In this document: positions 41,700 to 57,200 of the stretch, piece by piece
Layout of the letters: each line of letters starts with the position of its first letter
Position numbering within the stretch: position 1 is the stretch's first letter
Assembly: GCA_964247055.1 (NCBI GenBank)
Contig: OZ176051.1
Location: 13,888,001-13,952,000, forward strand
Reading direction: 5' to 3'
DNA length: 64,000 bases
Origin: Paragordius varius
Lineage: Eukaryota > Animalia > Nematomorpha
Made by a program: the position numbers and the translations under genes
Notes under the pieces: model-generated
Database searches by the model: none
Told to the model about the DNA's origin: nothing
What the model saw: the letters and a program-made list of their open reading frames with translations, nothing else

Positions 41700-43046
41700 T
41701 TAAAAATAGGAAAATATGTACTACTTTGATGGAATTTAAATTAGATATAGAAAAACTATGATTATATCAAAATTAATGAATAAAATTTTTATTGGATTTC
41801 AGATTTTTCATTTATTATATATTACAAATTAACACACAAATGACAATTGATATTGAAGATGTGAAAAATATTCCAATATAATTTTTATACATACAACTAT
41901 ATTTCTTTAACGAAAACACAAAAAATAAAATGAAATTGTAATTGAAAATGTATAAAAGTTTAAATGTTAGTTTATATGGAAAATTTTAACTGTAAATTGT
42001 TTCAAAAATGATATATATTTCTGCATTTTATTTAGGATCCATTATTCAATTGATTCCCTTTCAGATTGCAAAAATCAATACCTTATTTTATCAAATTTAA
42101 ACATTATACTCATAAAGTGGGATAGGTCAAAATGTCACCAATTATAAAGTATAAAAAATTTGATACAAATAACAGTTTTTTTTATATACAATGTTAAATT
42201 GTATACTTTTCAAAACATATTTGTAGAGTTATTGAATGATTGAAAAAAAGATGAATGAAATGAATCTGATCAGGCCAAAGAAAGGACAAATCAATTATAA
42301 GTTTACTATTTTTTTGAAATTTATCAATTTTATAGCAAAAGGTATTGTTAAGATCTTTTGTGGTATTTACAATAATTTTTTACCTGAGATTTATATTAAT
42401 TTTAAACGCTCAAATTGACATTCTCCCATATATATTTTATATATATATAAACAATGCTTACATGTTTCCAATAATAAATAGTTTTACGGATCGAATATTG
42501 TATTGTCAGAATAATAAACGAATTAGTAATGTGTTCAAGATAAACTAACTATCTAATATGGTTAACAAAGAATTAATTTAAAATTAGTAGCGGTGTTTTC
42601 CCAGTTTAAAATATCGGAATTTTGTGAATTTCGCGAACAAACACATTTTTTTGCATTTGCGTAGTTTCAACAGGGGATTTTATAATAATAACAATAATAT
42701 AATAATTAAAATCGCAAAAAATTTATTACTTACTATAACTATTTTAATGAAACAAAAAAGGTATAATATAATTATGTTTTAAATGCATAAGTAATGCATA
42801 CAAAGTATGCGTAAAACCATAGTAAATATATATTTGTAGAATTTTTAATTATATAAATTTTAGGAAAATTATTTATATACATATTGGCAAAATCAATTGG
42901 AGAAAAAATAATCAATATGTTTAAACTGCAAAAATTAATTGTAATAAATAATACAAGATTAATTTTACAGGTAAGCGCACACCTGTGCTTTTATTATGTT
43001 GAGGTATAAATTTAATATCTTGTTAAAAAAATGTGTACTTTCCATG

Positions 43047-43092
<46 letters not shown>

Positions 43093-44515
43093 GTATGTAA
43101 AATCTTCCAAAAAAATATAATTTTTAGCCAAAATCATTTGGCATCTGTTCTGATCATCTCTGAACTAACTCACTAAAGATTAGATAATTTTTATCTAAAG
43201 AAAAAAATTTGCATTAATATGATGCAGTTGTGTGAATGGTCTATGAATATTTAGAATTTTTGTAAATTATTATTTGATATACTTTATCTTGGCTAAAACG
43301 GAAAATTTAAATATTTATTTTTAGGTTAAAATCTTGGTTATTAAAAGATTTTTATGTTATAACAAAATTTATATATATATATATATATATGTATAATTTA
43401 TTTCATATTTGATATTAAATATAGAATGTATCCCATTATAAAAGCTTTTGCTTTAAAAAAATTTTCAAAGTTAAATCGGAATGCGCTGTCATATCAATCA
43501 GTAATGAATGCATGCATGATACATATGTAAAATATATATAATTTAAAAAAAATATATAAATATAATTTTACCATTTTAAAATTTTATAGGGTTAATTTTA
43601 TAATTATATATATATATATATGTGGTTTGAATTTGATAATATGTAATTATCTTTTGAAAATTATTTAACCCCTATATGCCATAATGCTGCAAAATATATA
43701 GATCTTAGAGATAAAAGCAGCAGGGGTACACATATAATTATAAGTATAATATGGTATATTTTCAGATATATATTTTTATAATGGTATATAATTAAAACCA
43801 TGGATATTTTAGGTTTTTTAATTGTTTTTCTCGTCCGGTCATCATTTTATTTTTGCGGAAATTTAATAGGTATTTTTGGATTCCTTATGTAATACAATTG
43901 TTTATTAATACTACTTATTTTATATAAATGTCAAGATAGCGAGTGTCTTTAACAAAAGATCAAATTTTTTACATGTATATAGTATATTGAATAGCTTCTG
44001 TCGACATAATATATGGTAAATTTTCTAATTAACATATATTTTTTTATGTAAAATTATAATTTTAACAGCTTTATAAAATACTCTTATTAAAATAAAAAAA
44101 AACGTAAAACAATTTCCCTGTGTACATAATTAAAATTTTATTCAGATACTACAATGATATTAAAATGAAAAATCTACAAACAGGTATATATAATAAAGAG
44201 ATAATAAAATACAATCGCGTTTTTTGATGTCTTTTATATGTGCAGAGTATATGATGTTGCGTTTTTTTCTTTGATTCTGGTGAATAACCTTTCAACTGTG
44301 TTCTTTTATGTATATCTTATGGTAAAAATTTCCCATATAATTGGTAATAATTAAACATAAACATTATATCATTGTAATACAGTAATACATTGCTAGAAAG
44401 TTATTAATTATTGCAAAATAGCATATACAATAAAGGGTGACAGTATTATTTATAGGCTTATAGTTATTTTTTTCACAAATATGTGTACTCTAACTGTATT
44501 TCCAACTTTTTATTA

Positions 44516-44692
44516 CAGGTTTTAATGGTTGCTTATTTCACACTTATAGTTGGGCAATTTGCAACACATAGTATGGAAAAAACAATTTCGAATAAAAGAT
44601 CATTTCCTTTCTTTTTTTCCATACACTACTGTGTTGCCAATTGCCCTCCATATAATATAGCGTGAAATAAGCAACCATTAAAATGCATCCTG
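44516..44692. mobile_element. Fold-back MITE family D
   Basis: CAGG..TTAATGGTTGCTTATTTCAC...GTGAAATAAGCAACCATTAA..CCTG|TA; a relative at 62574-62757. In both places it sits beside a family C element. Confidence 0.75.
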
Positions 44693-45299
44693 TAATACAT
44701 ATAATAAGAATGTTCGTTTAGGTCTTAATTTAAAACATTAAAATTAATTTATAATTATTCAAATCATTAACTCCAGTTAATATATTGGGGGATTTGGGTT
44801 TATTTATAAGAACCAATTTTTGATTGCAAAAAATATGTAAAAACTTGCCAATATCATTTACTTTACTATTTCAAAAAAAGGTAAAATTAGATCATCTATA
44901 AAAATAAAAATGAATACATAAGATAATAATTTTCATAGTGTTAGAAATTTATTTTTCTAAAAAAATATTAAATCAATCTTTTATATTAGTTTTATTAGTG
45001 ATTTTAATTAGACTGGGGGTATTTATATAAATAAAATAGTTAAATTTGTTAAATTCCCCGAACTGTTTGAAAATGTATGCAGGCCATTATGCACAAAGAT
45101 ATTTATTTTAAAATTAATTTACTGGACCGTTTTGGTTAAAATAAGGTTTTTCATTTATCATGCAGATTATTGAAATTTATTGAATTGATTTTTTTTCTAT
45201 AGAGACGTATGGATATTTTAGTTGGGAGACCTATCAACTTTAGGCGACCCTAGTATTTTAAAAGAATCAGTTTATAGCAATATTGATATCTAATATCTA

Positions 45300-45549
45300 C
45301 CATTTACAGTTTAAAATCACCCGCGAACAATTCAAATTCACCCGCAAACAATTCACCCTAAAATCAATTATGTGTTTTTTTTAAGATTAATAATTACCTA
45401 TATTTTTTATAAAAGATATTACGTTTAAAGTTAATATAATGCTGAAAAATAATAAACTATGTCGTAAAAATATAATTTTTATTAATAATGAGTTATATTA
45501 GCTTAGAAACACATAATTTATTTTTAGGGCGAATTTTAATTGTAAATGG
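45300..45549. mobile_element. MITE family E (TA|CCATTTACAG...CTGTAAATGG|TA with internal TTCACCC/GGGTGAA repeats)
   Basis: Other copies at ~24210-24460, 39894-40147, 51091-51363, ~54100-54344, ~56174-56428 and ~56664-56942. Confidence 0.82.
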
Positions 45550-45849
45550 TATATATATATATATATATGCGTATTAAATATAATACTTATTACAGAGTAT
45601 TGATATTTTAAAATCATGGATAACAAAATACGTATTTTTTTGTTCAATGTATAGTTTTTGCGAATTGAAATTTGGATATAACAGATTATACTTTCATATC
45701 AATAATGTTTGAGATTTATTTCTGTTTTTAAATAAACGTACTAAAGGAATATTTCGAGGAAGACGAATTTATTATATAGGGTAGTGTATACTAAATTATT
45801 TAAAATTTAAATTCACCTTGGTTATAATTTAAAGTTACGTAATCTTAGG

Positions 45850-46650
45850 GTGTATTGCGGATCCAATCATTTGTGAGTTTGTCCGTCCATTTTTTACCAA
45901 GTATCATTCGTCAGCAAGCTTGCTAAAAAGCTAGTATGTTTTTTTGGTCAGAGTTTCAAACCCAGCTTTCACAGCCATAGGTTGCGATTGGGAGTATTTT
46001 GGTATTTAAAATTTTTATTTTGATAGATTTGGTTATTTGTCGTGAAGACCATATCTGATATAATTTCATTTCCAGCCTGGCCATGGCTAGTCTTCGTTTG
46101 TTTCGGGTGTTGTATTATTTTTATTATTTATTTCGATTCCTAAAAAATACATAGGTTTCTAATGTCTCTAAAATATATTCTCCCATTTTGTTTAAGCAAG
46201 TGGCGTCATTTGATATGACTTTGGTTTTAGCCAGGCCATGAGATTGGCTCCTAAGAAGTACCCTTACTGGGAGCTGCTGTAAATCGGTTTTTTATCAGCA
46301 TTATTTATTTATTGGCCTAGTTTTACACCGATATGATGATAAGTATCTAATTTGAACCAGATATTCTCGGTTAAGATATTGAATAATAGGGGTGAAAAGA
46401 TGCACCCTTGACAGGCACCTCTGCTTGCAGGCAGTCAATATGGTTAATGTTAAAAATTGTGATAGTACAATTTTTAATAATTTTTTATGGCATAAAATAT
46501 CAAAGCTGAGGAAAAAAGAGCGTCTGAAAGCTGAATAACTCTAATATATAAGAATATTTAAAATATTTCTTTATAAATAGATTACGGTTAATGTAATTAT
46601 TGCAATCTTAACTTTTTGAATTATGTATAATGGCTTAAAATTTTGTATAA
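45850..46650 (-). mobile_element. RTE/BovB-like LINE 3' RT remnant
   Basis: Minus-strand fragments SFDILCHKKLL, GACQGCIFSPLLFNI, KTKVI, KILPIATYGCESW. Confidence 0.75.
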
Positions 46651-46929
46651 AAAGATTTAAAACGAAATTCTTGATAGATATAAACAAATTATTAGTTAAC
46701 ATAACTTTGGATTGATTTTAATTTGGTTTTTTTGAATTTGAATTAAATATATAATATGTTATCATTTAAGCACAATAGTCAACCAAAATATCCTAATAAA
46801 AAATGTATCAGGATTATAAGGGTGCTTTTGGCTTTGGCCTTACGAATGATAGAAAAGTATAACTACATAAAAATATTTTAACATAAAAAAATTAGATGAT
46901 GACATATTTACGCCAGATTTTTGATTTAA

Positions 46930-47499
46930 CACTTCGATTTAAATTGGGTTATCTAAATACCCCAGACTAAATTTAAGTTAGGATTTTTAACAAACTACTC
47001 AAGGAAACGGTCCCAATTTAAATTTATACTTCTATCCCAATCAAAATTATATTAATATGCCAATATATCTTAATAAAATTTTGTTTTGGAAAAAAATTTC
47101 CATGTCAAACTACTTCAACGCCATTTATATTTTACAAAATTTTTGCAAAATATCGTCTTCATTTAATTTAAAGAGTAAAATTAAAGCTAATTTTTTATTT
47201 AAATTACATCTAACATTAATAGAAATAGAAAAAACGGTTTATTTTGTATTATTTTTTAATTTTACTATTTCACACATGTCACGTTGACGAAATTTTTAGC
47301 TTTCGGTTTTAGCTAACTTACAAGTATTTTTGAATAATTTTTTTTTATATATTTCGGTTTATTAGTGTTATAATTGTGCAAATCTTTGCCATGATTTTGG
47401 TTCCTTCCATATTTTTAAAAGAATTTAATTTTAAACAGGTCTGGGTATCCAACAACCCCAATTTGAATCAAAGGACTAAAATGAGTGTGTTGTCAAGTG
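46930..47499. mobile_element. MITE family F copy
   Basis: Clear similarity to 204-692. Confidence 0.6.
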
Positions 47500-48207
47500 T
47501 GAAAAGCACTATTTCTGAGACCTTATCAGAATTACGTGTTTGAAGATATTTTTATCCTGTTTGTATGTGTATAGAATGAATTCAATTTGTTAAATTCTTT
47601 TGGAATTTAAATAAATTTTCAAACCAGATTTATGTAGTAAGATCCATGCATAACTTCAACTAAATTAAACTTAAACTCGTTATTAAATACAAACATTTCT
47701 ATAATCTACCCGATCATTCTTAGATATATTTAAAATAAGGACATATATGAGATACATAAAAACATACTCTAATCCAGAGTACTAAAACCTCGGTTTTTTA
47801 TGGCCCGAAATTATTATTTTATTCATTTTTGTTTTAGTATAAAGTATATGATCTACCTTGATCGGTCTTATATGGTGCACAAATTTTTTAGGCATAAAAC
47901 CTAGTGCCTTTTACTTTTTGGCAAACTACTGTTCTAATCTAATTATTTTTAAATACATTAGCTGTCCAAATATTAAATAAAAGGCCCAAAATGGGGATGA
48001 AACAATTTAATAAGAAAATATTGGTGTTATAATATAGAATTGATGATAATTTATAAATTATTAATTAGATCAACATTAGTCATATAAAGACCTCAATGCA
48101 TATATTTTGACTCATGGTTATAAATTACATCGAAAAGAATTCATTTGCATAACGGCATATACCATATGTTCTAATTTTAAATTTTATGGGAACCCACCAG
48201 AAAAATT

Positions 48208-51200
48208 ATGGTTTTTGGTTCAAAATTTAGCATTAATATTGACCGTTTTGATAAAAATTCTCCATATTCAACTTATGAAAACTATGCAATAACTCCAATC
48301 AATCAAAATACAGGGAGATATAAATTAAAAAAACTGCCAACCACATCTTCATCAATGCAAAAATCTAAAAGGGGCCGAAAACCGGTAGATAAATCTTCCA
48401 AAGTCTCAAATGTCTCAACTACTAACACTAAATTACTTCAATCTTATTCGCCAGAGGATTTATTTAGGCCCATGAAAAATCGCAGAGCTGACAAGGAAAA
48501 GGCTTATATGATGGAATGTTTGGAGGAGTATAGAAAAAGGGAACTTTCAAATAATTGCCCAATTGCATCAAAAAAGGACACCCTTAATACTCAGTCGCAG
48601 GGGTCAAACAGTCCAACAAAAGGTCACGAAGATGAGCTCGTGGCCCTTAAAAATTATAAGTTTTTCAAACCAACCAAAGCCATCATTGAAAAGCAAAATG
48701 TGAAAAAAGACAAGAAAAGAATGAGATTAAGTTATATTGAGAAAGTTGATGAACCACACCTCAACACTAAACGTCAATTTAGTGAAATGAAAGAAAAATT
48801 TTTTAAGCATAAAGAACTGTGTACACCTGATACGATTCTCGTTATAAAGGAAAACAATGAAATTTATCTTTTTGGCGATGATTCCAAGGTATATTTTAAA
48901 CATAGAATATTAATAGTTAACCCTTGCTAATTTTAATCATTGCCAGTTACAGTTTGACTAAGTACATATTGCTAAAAAGTTATTAATTATTGCCAAATTG
49001 CATATACAATAAAGTGGATTATTATTGGCTAATAATATATGAAAAAAATAACTATAAGCCAATAATACTGCCCTTTGTTGCATATGCTTTTGGAAATTAG
49101 TAACTTTCTAGCAATGTATACTTACTGTATTTCTATCATCCAATTGTTTTTGTTTTCTACCGTAAATACAATCAGGTATTAATTTAACCATTACGGTCCC
49201 ATGGATATTAATTTATTAACATATATGGCTCAGTTTATTAAAATAATTATACATCTGAATTTTAGAGATAAACTTATTCACTGGTTTTTTTGACTGGTCC
49301 AAAAACTACATAATATATAGTATTATAACCTCATTTAATTCATCAATAGATACTAACTGATTTTTTGTCATCATCGCAAAATCAAAATGAAAACAAGACA
49401 GCTGTCATGTATGAATCGTCTGCTTCACCTCATTCAAATTTACGGTATGTTAAATTTGGCTTGCAAAACTTTATTTCACATATTTGCCCAAAATTACTTC
49501 AAACGACCGAGCGGAAGTTGGCAATTTTGGATTGCATTTTGGCAAGGAATCACTTAGGCAACGAAAAGAAGCAGGATTCATTAATTTATCTTACGCCATC
49601 TACGGCCCTGTATAATTTGCATAATGAAATCATTCATCCTTTAGGTACTTTATCAGTCATATTGGTTGGAGAAGTTAATGGATGCGACTCTATAACTTTG
49701 ATGGTTACTCTTTTAATTTGTTTTTTTATTTTATCTTTAATTTTTTAGATATAACCTGATTACATAGATGTGAGGGTTGGGTGTCTTTTATAACAATTAG
49801 AATTGATATATTTTTGGTTGAAGCATTTTTAAAGGAATGTATGTTATCCAAAAATAGGAATGTTAATTGTTTTTACGATTTATATTATGTAAATAGGGAT
49901 ACTTACAGTAAAAATTGAAATTATACGGACAAAACGTAGACCAATACAAAGACAACCATACTTTTTTATTTTGATTTTATAATATAACTCATTGAAACTC
50001 CAAAGTATAATATAGAAATGTAAATTGGTAACATAATATTATATTTTAAGATTATAATTAAATGTTTTTTATGAGATAAATTAAGGTTTAAAAAGTATGG
50101 TTGTAAAGTTTTGTCTTCATATTTTTTATATTGTCCGTATAATTTCAATTTTTACTGTAATATTAATTTTTACATACAACCGCTTTCACATAATAGCTTA
50201 ATGTAAAATATTTGGGAAAAACATATGTATCATATGGCTAGATATTAATTGATTAAATAGGTTTGCCTTTGCGTTGTTATAACACATAAAAAATTGCTTG
50301 TAATTAATAAAAAATAACTATTTTTTTTAAAACCATATTTTTTGAAAAGTTTTGACTTACAGTAAGATTAATAAATGATCATCACGAAAAAAAACAAATG
50401 AATATCCAAAAGAAAAAATGATTAGGACATGATTAAAAAAGTATGTAATAAATATACCATATACTACCCTTGATGAATCCTTTCTATTGTATCTACTTAC
50501 ACAATTTAATATATTTTTTTAACCATGTGCTAAATATTTTTTTCTTTTGAATTTTCATTTCTTTTTTCGTAATAATCATTTATTAATCTTACAGTAATGT
50601 GTAACTATTTAATGTTCGAAATTAATTACCGTAGCGTATGATATAAAACAATATTACTCCATAGAAGAATTAATGATGTTTTATTTTAAAAAATAAACCT
50701 AGTTGTATATACACATATCCATTTTTTCTTCTATGGAGTAATATTGTTTTACTCCATACGCTGTATATAAATGTAATAAATAATTACTTTTTCAAGTTTG
50801 AAATTTCTTATTTTTTCCAACTAATAATGGTACTAATAATAGAATATCGATATATTGGCCCAAAGTCATGAAATATACGAATTCTCAGTACAAACCAGTG
50901 AAGATACCATCACCACCATTGGAAACAATGTGGAAAAATTATTAAATCATTGGAGGCCAGTCGAAATTTTTGCTACAGAGTTAGATGGATCTTATCCCTT
51001 AACTAAAATGATTACTGAACGAATCGACTTGTATAGCTTGGATAGGTATTTTAATTACTTTTTTTTAAAATAATTCAATTTTTTTATTAATCATTTACAG
51101 TTTAAATTCACCCTTCAACGATTCAAATTTATCCTTAAACAATTTAAATTCATTCTAAATAAATTATGTGCTTTTGAAATTAAAAATTACCTATATTTTT

Positions 51201-54200
51201 CTATATTTTTGAAAATTCAAATTTTGTTTAAAATTAAAATACTAAAAAATAATCTATGCCATAATAATATTTTTCATATTTATGATGAGTTATATTAGGC
51301 TGAAAACACATAATTTATTTTTAGGGTTAATTGGGTTCAAGGGTGAATTTGAATTGTAAATGGTATATTTTAATTATGATAAATTTATATTTATTATAGA
51401 TTTGAATGGGATAATACTAAAGTTAGAGTTAATCGCATTCCTATAATTTTGAATGGCAAAAAACGATTTGCCGATCAAGAAACCCTAATTATTGATAAGA
51501 TTTATGGTATCATTTTCATTTTTTACTTTTTTTATTCATTTTTTTAAGAGTTATAATTTTATTTTTTGAAATTATCAATGTATGTAAATCTTACCGATTG
51601 CTTAAATATATGTGAAATAATTAAAGTATTTTAATTAAAACAAAAGTTATGAACATAATCACTTCTTTTATAATATAAATCGAATTTTTAATCATTATTT
51701 TTCTGAAAATGTTTTTTTTAAACGAAACTATTATTATATTTTTTTTAATTTTCTGTTTTGTTTTAATCGATATATATATATATAATAAGTAAATTTATAT
51801 CTATGTTTCATATTTTCTATAAAAAATCTATTATAAATGTGTGTGGATCTTTCACAGCCCTTGCTATTAAGGATAAACCCAGTAAGATTCAAATAGCGCA
51901 TGAATTGGAACTTAATGTTATGACCGCGAACCATTTAAACATTTGGTCAGCCTACAACATTGTAATACAATTTTTGGATGAACTCAATCTACAATGTTTT
52001 GCAGATCACCTGTTTTTGCAAGTGAAACATATAACTTGTTTTTAGTTTATATATGTATAAAACACAAAATTTAATTAAAGCAACATTTTTTTACATCTCG
52101 ATTATGTTAAAAGAGAACTTATGTCGTTTTTAGGGAATAAATTATTAACACAACATCTATTTTTTTTAAAATTAATTCAAAAAATTAAAATTTAAATTTT
52201 TTTTCTTGAAATATTAGTTGTACTACCCCCTTATTTTTATTTTCAAACTGATTATTTTTATTTCAGGGAGGTCTAAATGCACCCATATTACATCCACAAC
52301 GTTGGCTTAAAACAACAATCATTTCACCTCATACACACTTGAGTCGAGTGACTAAACTTATAGTTTCTACACCTCTCAACGATGAATTCTCTAAGAATAA
52401 GAATAAAACTACAGCCCTTAAACGCGATTATTTTTCTTTCTTTGCACATAAATTGACAAATAATAATTCTTTTATACCAAAAACATATCCTGGCCATCTC
52501 GTCTTTTGTCATTTCCTTCGAGAACCGACGCAAGACTTAACATTGCTGGAGGAACGATTAGATATCGTTGGAGAACTCATTCAATTAAAAGTATGGCATA
52601 CAGTAAAAATTCAAATTATACGGACGACAAAACTTAAAAATATAAAGACAATTTTTTTTCTTCTAAAAGACAATGATACTTTTTTTCGAGCCTTAATTTA
52701 TCCTATTAATTAATTATAATTGTATAATACATAAGTTGCTTGTGTTATCAATTTACATCCTAATTTTCTACTTTATAATTTGAAATAATGGATTATATCA
52801 ATATTCAATAAGTATGCGGTAGTATTTTAGAAAAAATATTTGTCCTTATATTTTTACGTTTTGTTGTCCGTATAATTTTAATTTTTATTGTATTTGGTTT
52901 AGTTTAGGTTGGGTGATTTGCTTAACCATTTCACTTGAGACATAATATTCTCATTTGAAATGGTTTACCAAAAAGTGACTGTTATCGATAATTTTTGAAT
53001 GTAATTATAGATAATTATATCTGATTCAACATTTTTAGACATTTGCTCTATATATTTAAAAACGTAAAATTTAATTTAACATAATTTTTAACTATCATTT
53101 ATTAATTATTGATACAGTCTACAGCACCGCTGCAATGTTTAAACATCAAAAGTTTGCCCATAATAACTTCGTCGAATGCGTTTGAAAATGAACCTCGAAA
53201 TTTGTATACCTCGCTTCACGACATTTGTCAATTATGGTCGGGTTATTACGACCCTTATTCTAATTATTCCAAAAGCTTCGATAATAATATGAATAATAAT
53301 AAAATGAATAAAGAAGGACAAAGTTTTTATTTTGTTTGGTGTCGAATTATGTATGGATTGGCCAGACCGAACGAAATTTACGATTTATTTCAAACGCTGT
53401 TTTCATCATATAAATTGGCCCTTGAACTTGTGCGCGAGGAAATTGGTATTTTGCTTTTTATATATAAATTAGGGATGTTTTTAACATAAGAACCGAAATT
53501 ATACGGACAAAATGTAAAAATATAAAGACATATTATTTACTAAAAAAACCATACTTAAATCTTGATTTATTTCAATATAACTAATTCATTGTTTTAAATG
53601 GCAAAGTGTGAAATAGACATATATATTACTAAAACAATTAATTCTATATATTGTAACTAAGTAGCTTATATGGGAAACATTAAGGTTTTTATAAAGATTG
53701 TCTTTTATATAAAATATTTGTCTTTATATTTTTACGTTTTGTCCGTATAATTTCAATTTTTACTGTAAATGATTTCGCGGGTCGCATTTATATCATGTTA
53801 GATTTTAGTAGATATAAGACTGTAAAAACAACTACTATATTCGAAAAAAATTATCAATGTTCATTAACAAATTATGTTTAAGATAATAATTTTTATCTAA
53901 GATTTTATAAAAAATTTTGTATTTTAAAGTTGTTGAACACGCCCCCCCCCCTTTTTTTTTAAAATTCTATGTGTTGGGGTTTATTTACAAAAAACACTTG
54001 TAAATTCTCCAGTATTATTGAATCTTTTATATATATTCTAATTTAAATATGAAAGCGTTGAATTTTTTTAGTTTTACCATGGCGGTAAGCATTTATAATT
54101 TTTTACATCTCCCTTGAACACCTAAAAATAATTATGTGTTTTCAGGTGCAATTATAATTAGATTTAATTTTTTATAGCATAGTTTATATTTTTACCAGTA

Positions 54201-57200
54201 TTATGTTAATATATCAAACAAAATTCCACATTTTGAAAATATATAAAAATATATAGGCGCAGTTTTTTTATTCGAAAACACACTTTGTGTAATTAATTTT
54301 AGGGTAAATTTATGTTAAAGGTATGAAACTCGAACTGTAAATGGTATATAACGCTTCCTAAAAAAATTAGCAAATTTATTTTGCTAATAAAATTTAAATT
54401 ATGCATAACAATATTATTATTCATATTACAGTAAAACTGGAAATCATACACACAAAACGTAAAAATATAATGACAATTTAATTTTAAAAAAAGAAACCAT
54501 ACTTTTTTGAAACTTAATTTTTCTTATATAAACTATCTATTTAATTAAAATCCTAAAATATATAATTGATTGTGTTACCAATATACATTTCTAAGTCATA
54601 CTTTGAAATTTCAAACAATGAGTTTTATTTAAATTAATCAAAATTTATAAAAAAATATTTGTCTTTATATTTTTACGTTTTGTCCTTCCGTATAGTTTCA
54701 ATTTCTACCGTATTTTAAAACACACAACACAGGTGGGAAATTATATCATGAAGTATTGGCTAAAATTGTACATGAAATTACATACATTGTCAAACAACTC
54801 AAATATGATCTTATTGAATCTGGTCTAGTATCGGAAAATGCATTAAGGTAGGTAATTTTAACTAGGAATTCAATATTTTTTTCCATTTTTTTGTGTATTT
54901 TGCACATATTGAGGACTTTTTCGCTTTTTTGTCTGCATATTTTGTTTTAATAAACACTATCATATAATTTTAAAGTTATTTAAGTTAAAACTTAATTATC
55001 AAACACAATGTTCTCGTGTGTATTAGATAAATGAGCTTTTAATTTACACAGTTTTATTTTTAATTGAGTCTAAAAGTGGAAGGAATTATAAGATTTTAAG
55101 TTTTTTTCTGGTAAAATGTAATCTAAAATCTTGCTAAAGTTTATAATTATAATTTCAAACCATATGTCTGTTTTATTAGCCATGTGATTTATAAAAAAAA
55201 GCTATATAGAATAAAAATGGCGGCAAAAAAGTTTTTGAGTTGAAAATTTTTACATTTCATAAATAAATTTTTTTTATATGGATAATGCGCTTAAAAGGCT
55301 TGTTTTAAATATACGTGTTAATATCTTGAAAGATATTCAAATTTTCATCGCTTTGGGATATAACCCTAAATGGTCATAATGAAAAAATTGTTAATAACAG
55401 TAAAACTTTAACCTGAGTTATTTTTAAAAATATTTATAATTTACAACAACACCATCTTAATTAATAGAACCGCTATTAAAGTCAATATAATATCAAAAAT
55501 TTTGCAATTGTTTTTAATGATAACAGCACACTCTGAGAAATACTTGTAATTTGCGGATTTTACGCGGGGCAGGCAAAAAATCAGTTTATTGCGCGTTTTA
55601 AGTTTACAATAGCATACATACATTAATTAATATTGGATAATTTTGATATATATATGTATATATATAGAAAGAATATTAAAATAAAAATATGATATTTTTA
55701 TCGTATTTTATCTAGTTATTTTATCTATTGTACGTTTTTTATCGGAATCATTTCATTTTTTAACTGTAAATTTTACTTAAACCTTGATACTTTTGTTTTA
55801 TTTTTTTTGCATTTTGAAAAAATGCCCCCCCATAAATTTTTACTATCCTTTTCCAATCATTTTACTTTACATATATAATTTTTTATTAGAACTAACGATT
55901 TCGAAAACATTTTTAATCCCCCTATATTCATTTCACATGACAAAAACAATGTTAATAATGAGAATACCAATATCAAAGGAAGAGACATTTTACACGAATT
56001 TAGTCAATGCACTGTACCTCGGATATTGGAAATGCGTTTTTCTAAAATCTCACTCACGCATAACATTGAACGACACATTGAGAGTGTAATTTCAAAAACT
56101 ATGCTTGATTTAACACGTAAAACAATAAAACAAAAGCCAAAACGCTCTTCAGATGAATATGGTATAGTATATATCATTTTGCACTTCACCCTTAAACTAT
56201 TTAAATTTACCCACTCTTGAGCAATTCAAATTCATGACTCTGAAATAAATTATTTACTTATACCTTTTTAAAAAATAAAATTTTGGTTAAAATAAAAATA
56301 ATACTGAAAAAATAGTAAACAATGTCATAAAAATATATTTCAATGAGGAGTTATATTAGCCCAAAAACATATAATTTATTTTTAGGGTAAATTTGAATTG
56401 TTTAAAGGTCGATTAGAATTGTAAATGGTATATATTATATGGGTATTCATAAGGAATTTATTAGATTTCGCCATAAAATTGGAAAATGCAAACACACAAT
56501 AGCGCCTTTTATTTCTAGTTTTTGTCAATTAAACTTATTTAGAAAAAACTTGTTTAGGTTATATCGATCAATTTTAATAAGGTTTTATATAAGCGTACTT
56601 TTATAATTTATGGATTATTCAATTTTTTCAGGGTCGCAGCATACATAAAAAATCGGAATATATAACATTTATAATTCAAATTTACCCTTGAACAATTCAA
56701 ATTCACCCTAATAATAAATTATGTGTTTTCGGGCAGCTAATATAATTCATCATTAATAAGAAATGTATTCCTATGACTTAGTTTATTATTTTTTCAGTAT
56801 TATATTAATTTTAAACGTATTTTTATTTTTTTTAATCTAAAAAAATATGGGTAATTTTTAATCTCAAAAAAATACATATAATTCTTTCAGGGTGAATTCG
56901 AATTGTTGTTCAGGGCTATTGTGAATTTGAACCTGTAAATGGTATATCAAATCAATCACTAAGTTGTAAAAATATATGTTGTTTCTTTGATCAAAAACCA
57001 TCACATATCTCAATTTTTTAATTTGCTTATTTTTTATGTACAATTTCAATTTACAGTAAAAATTGAAATTTATACGGACAAAACGTAAAAATATAAAGAC
57101 AAATATTTTTTTCTAAAAGACAACCATACTTTTTCAAACCTATAAATTAATCCTAGGAAAATACTTAATAACAAGCCTTAAATATAATATATACATCTGT

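Noticed and set aside
40200-44300. Hidden genes or RNA genes in the very AT-rich interval between the divergent Drak and MSH3 genes
   Set aside because: Only short low-complexity ORFs; no tRNA/snRNA motif or phase-consistent exon set recognised. Untranslated 5' exons cannot be excluded.
48640-48670. PCNA-binding PIP box (ALKNYKFF) in the MSH3 N-terminus
   Set aside because: Lacks the Q-x-x-(L/I) spacing; too degenerate to call.
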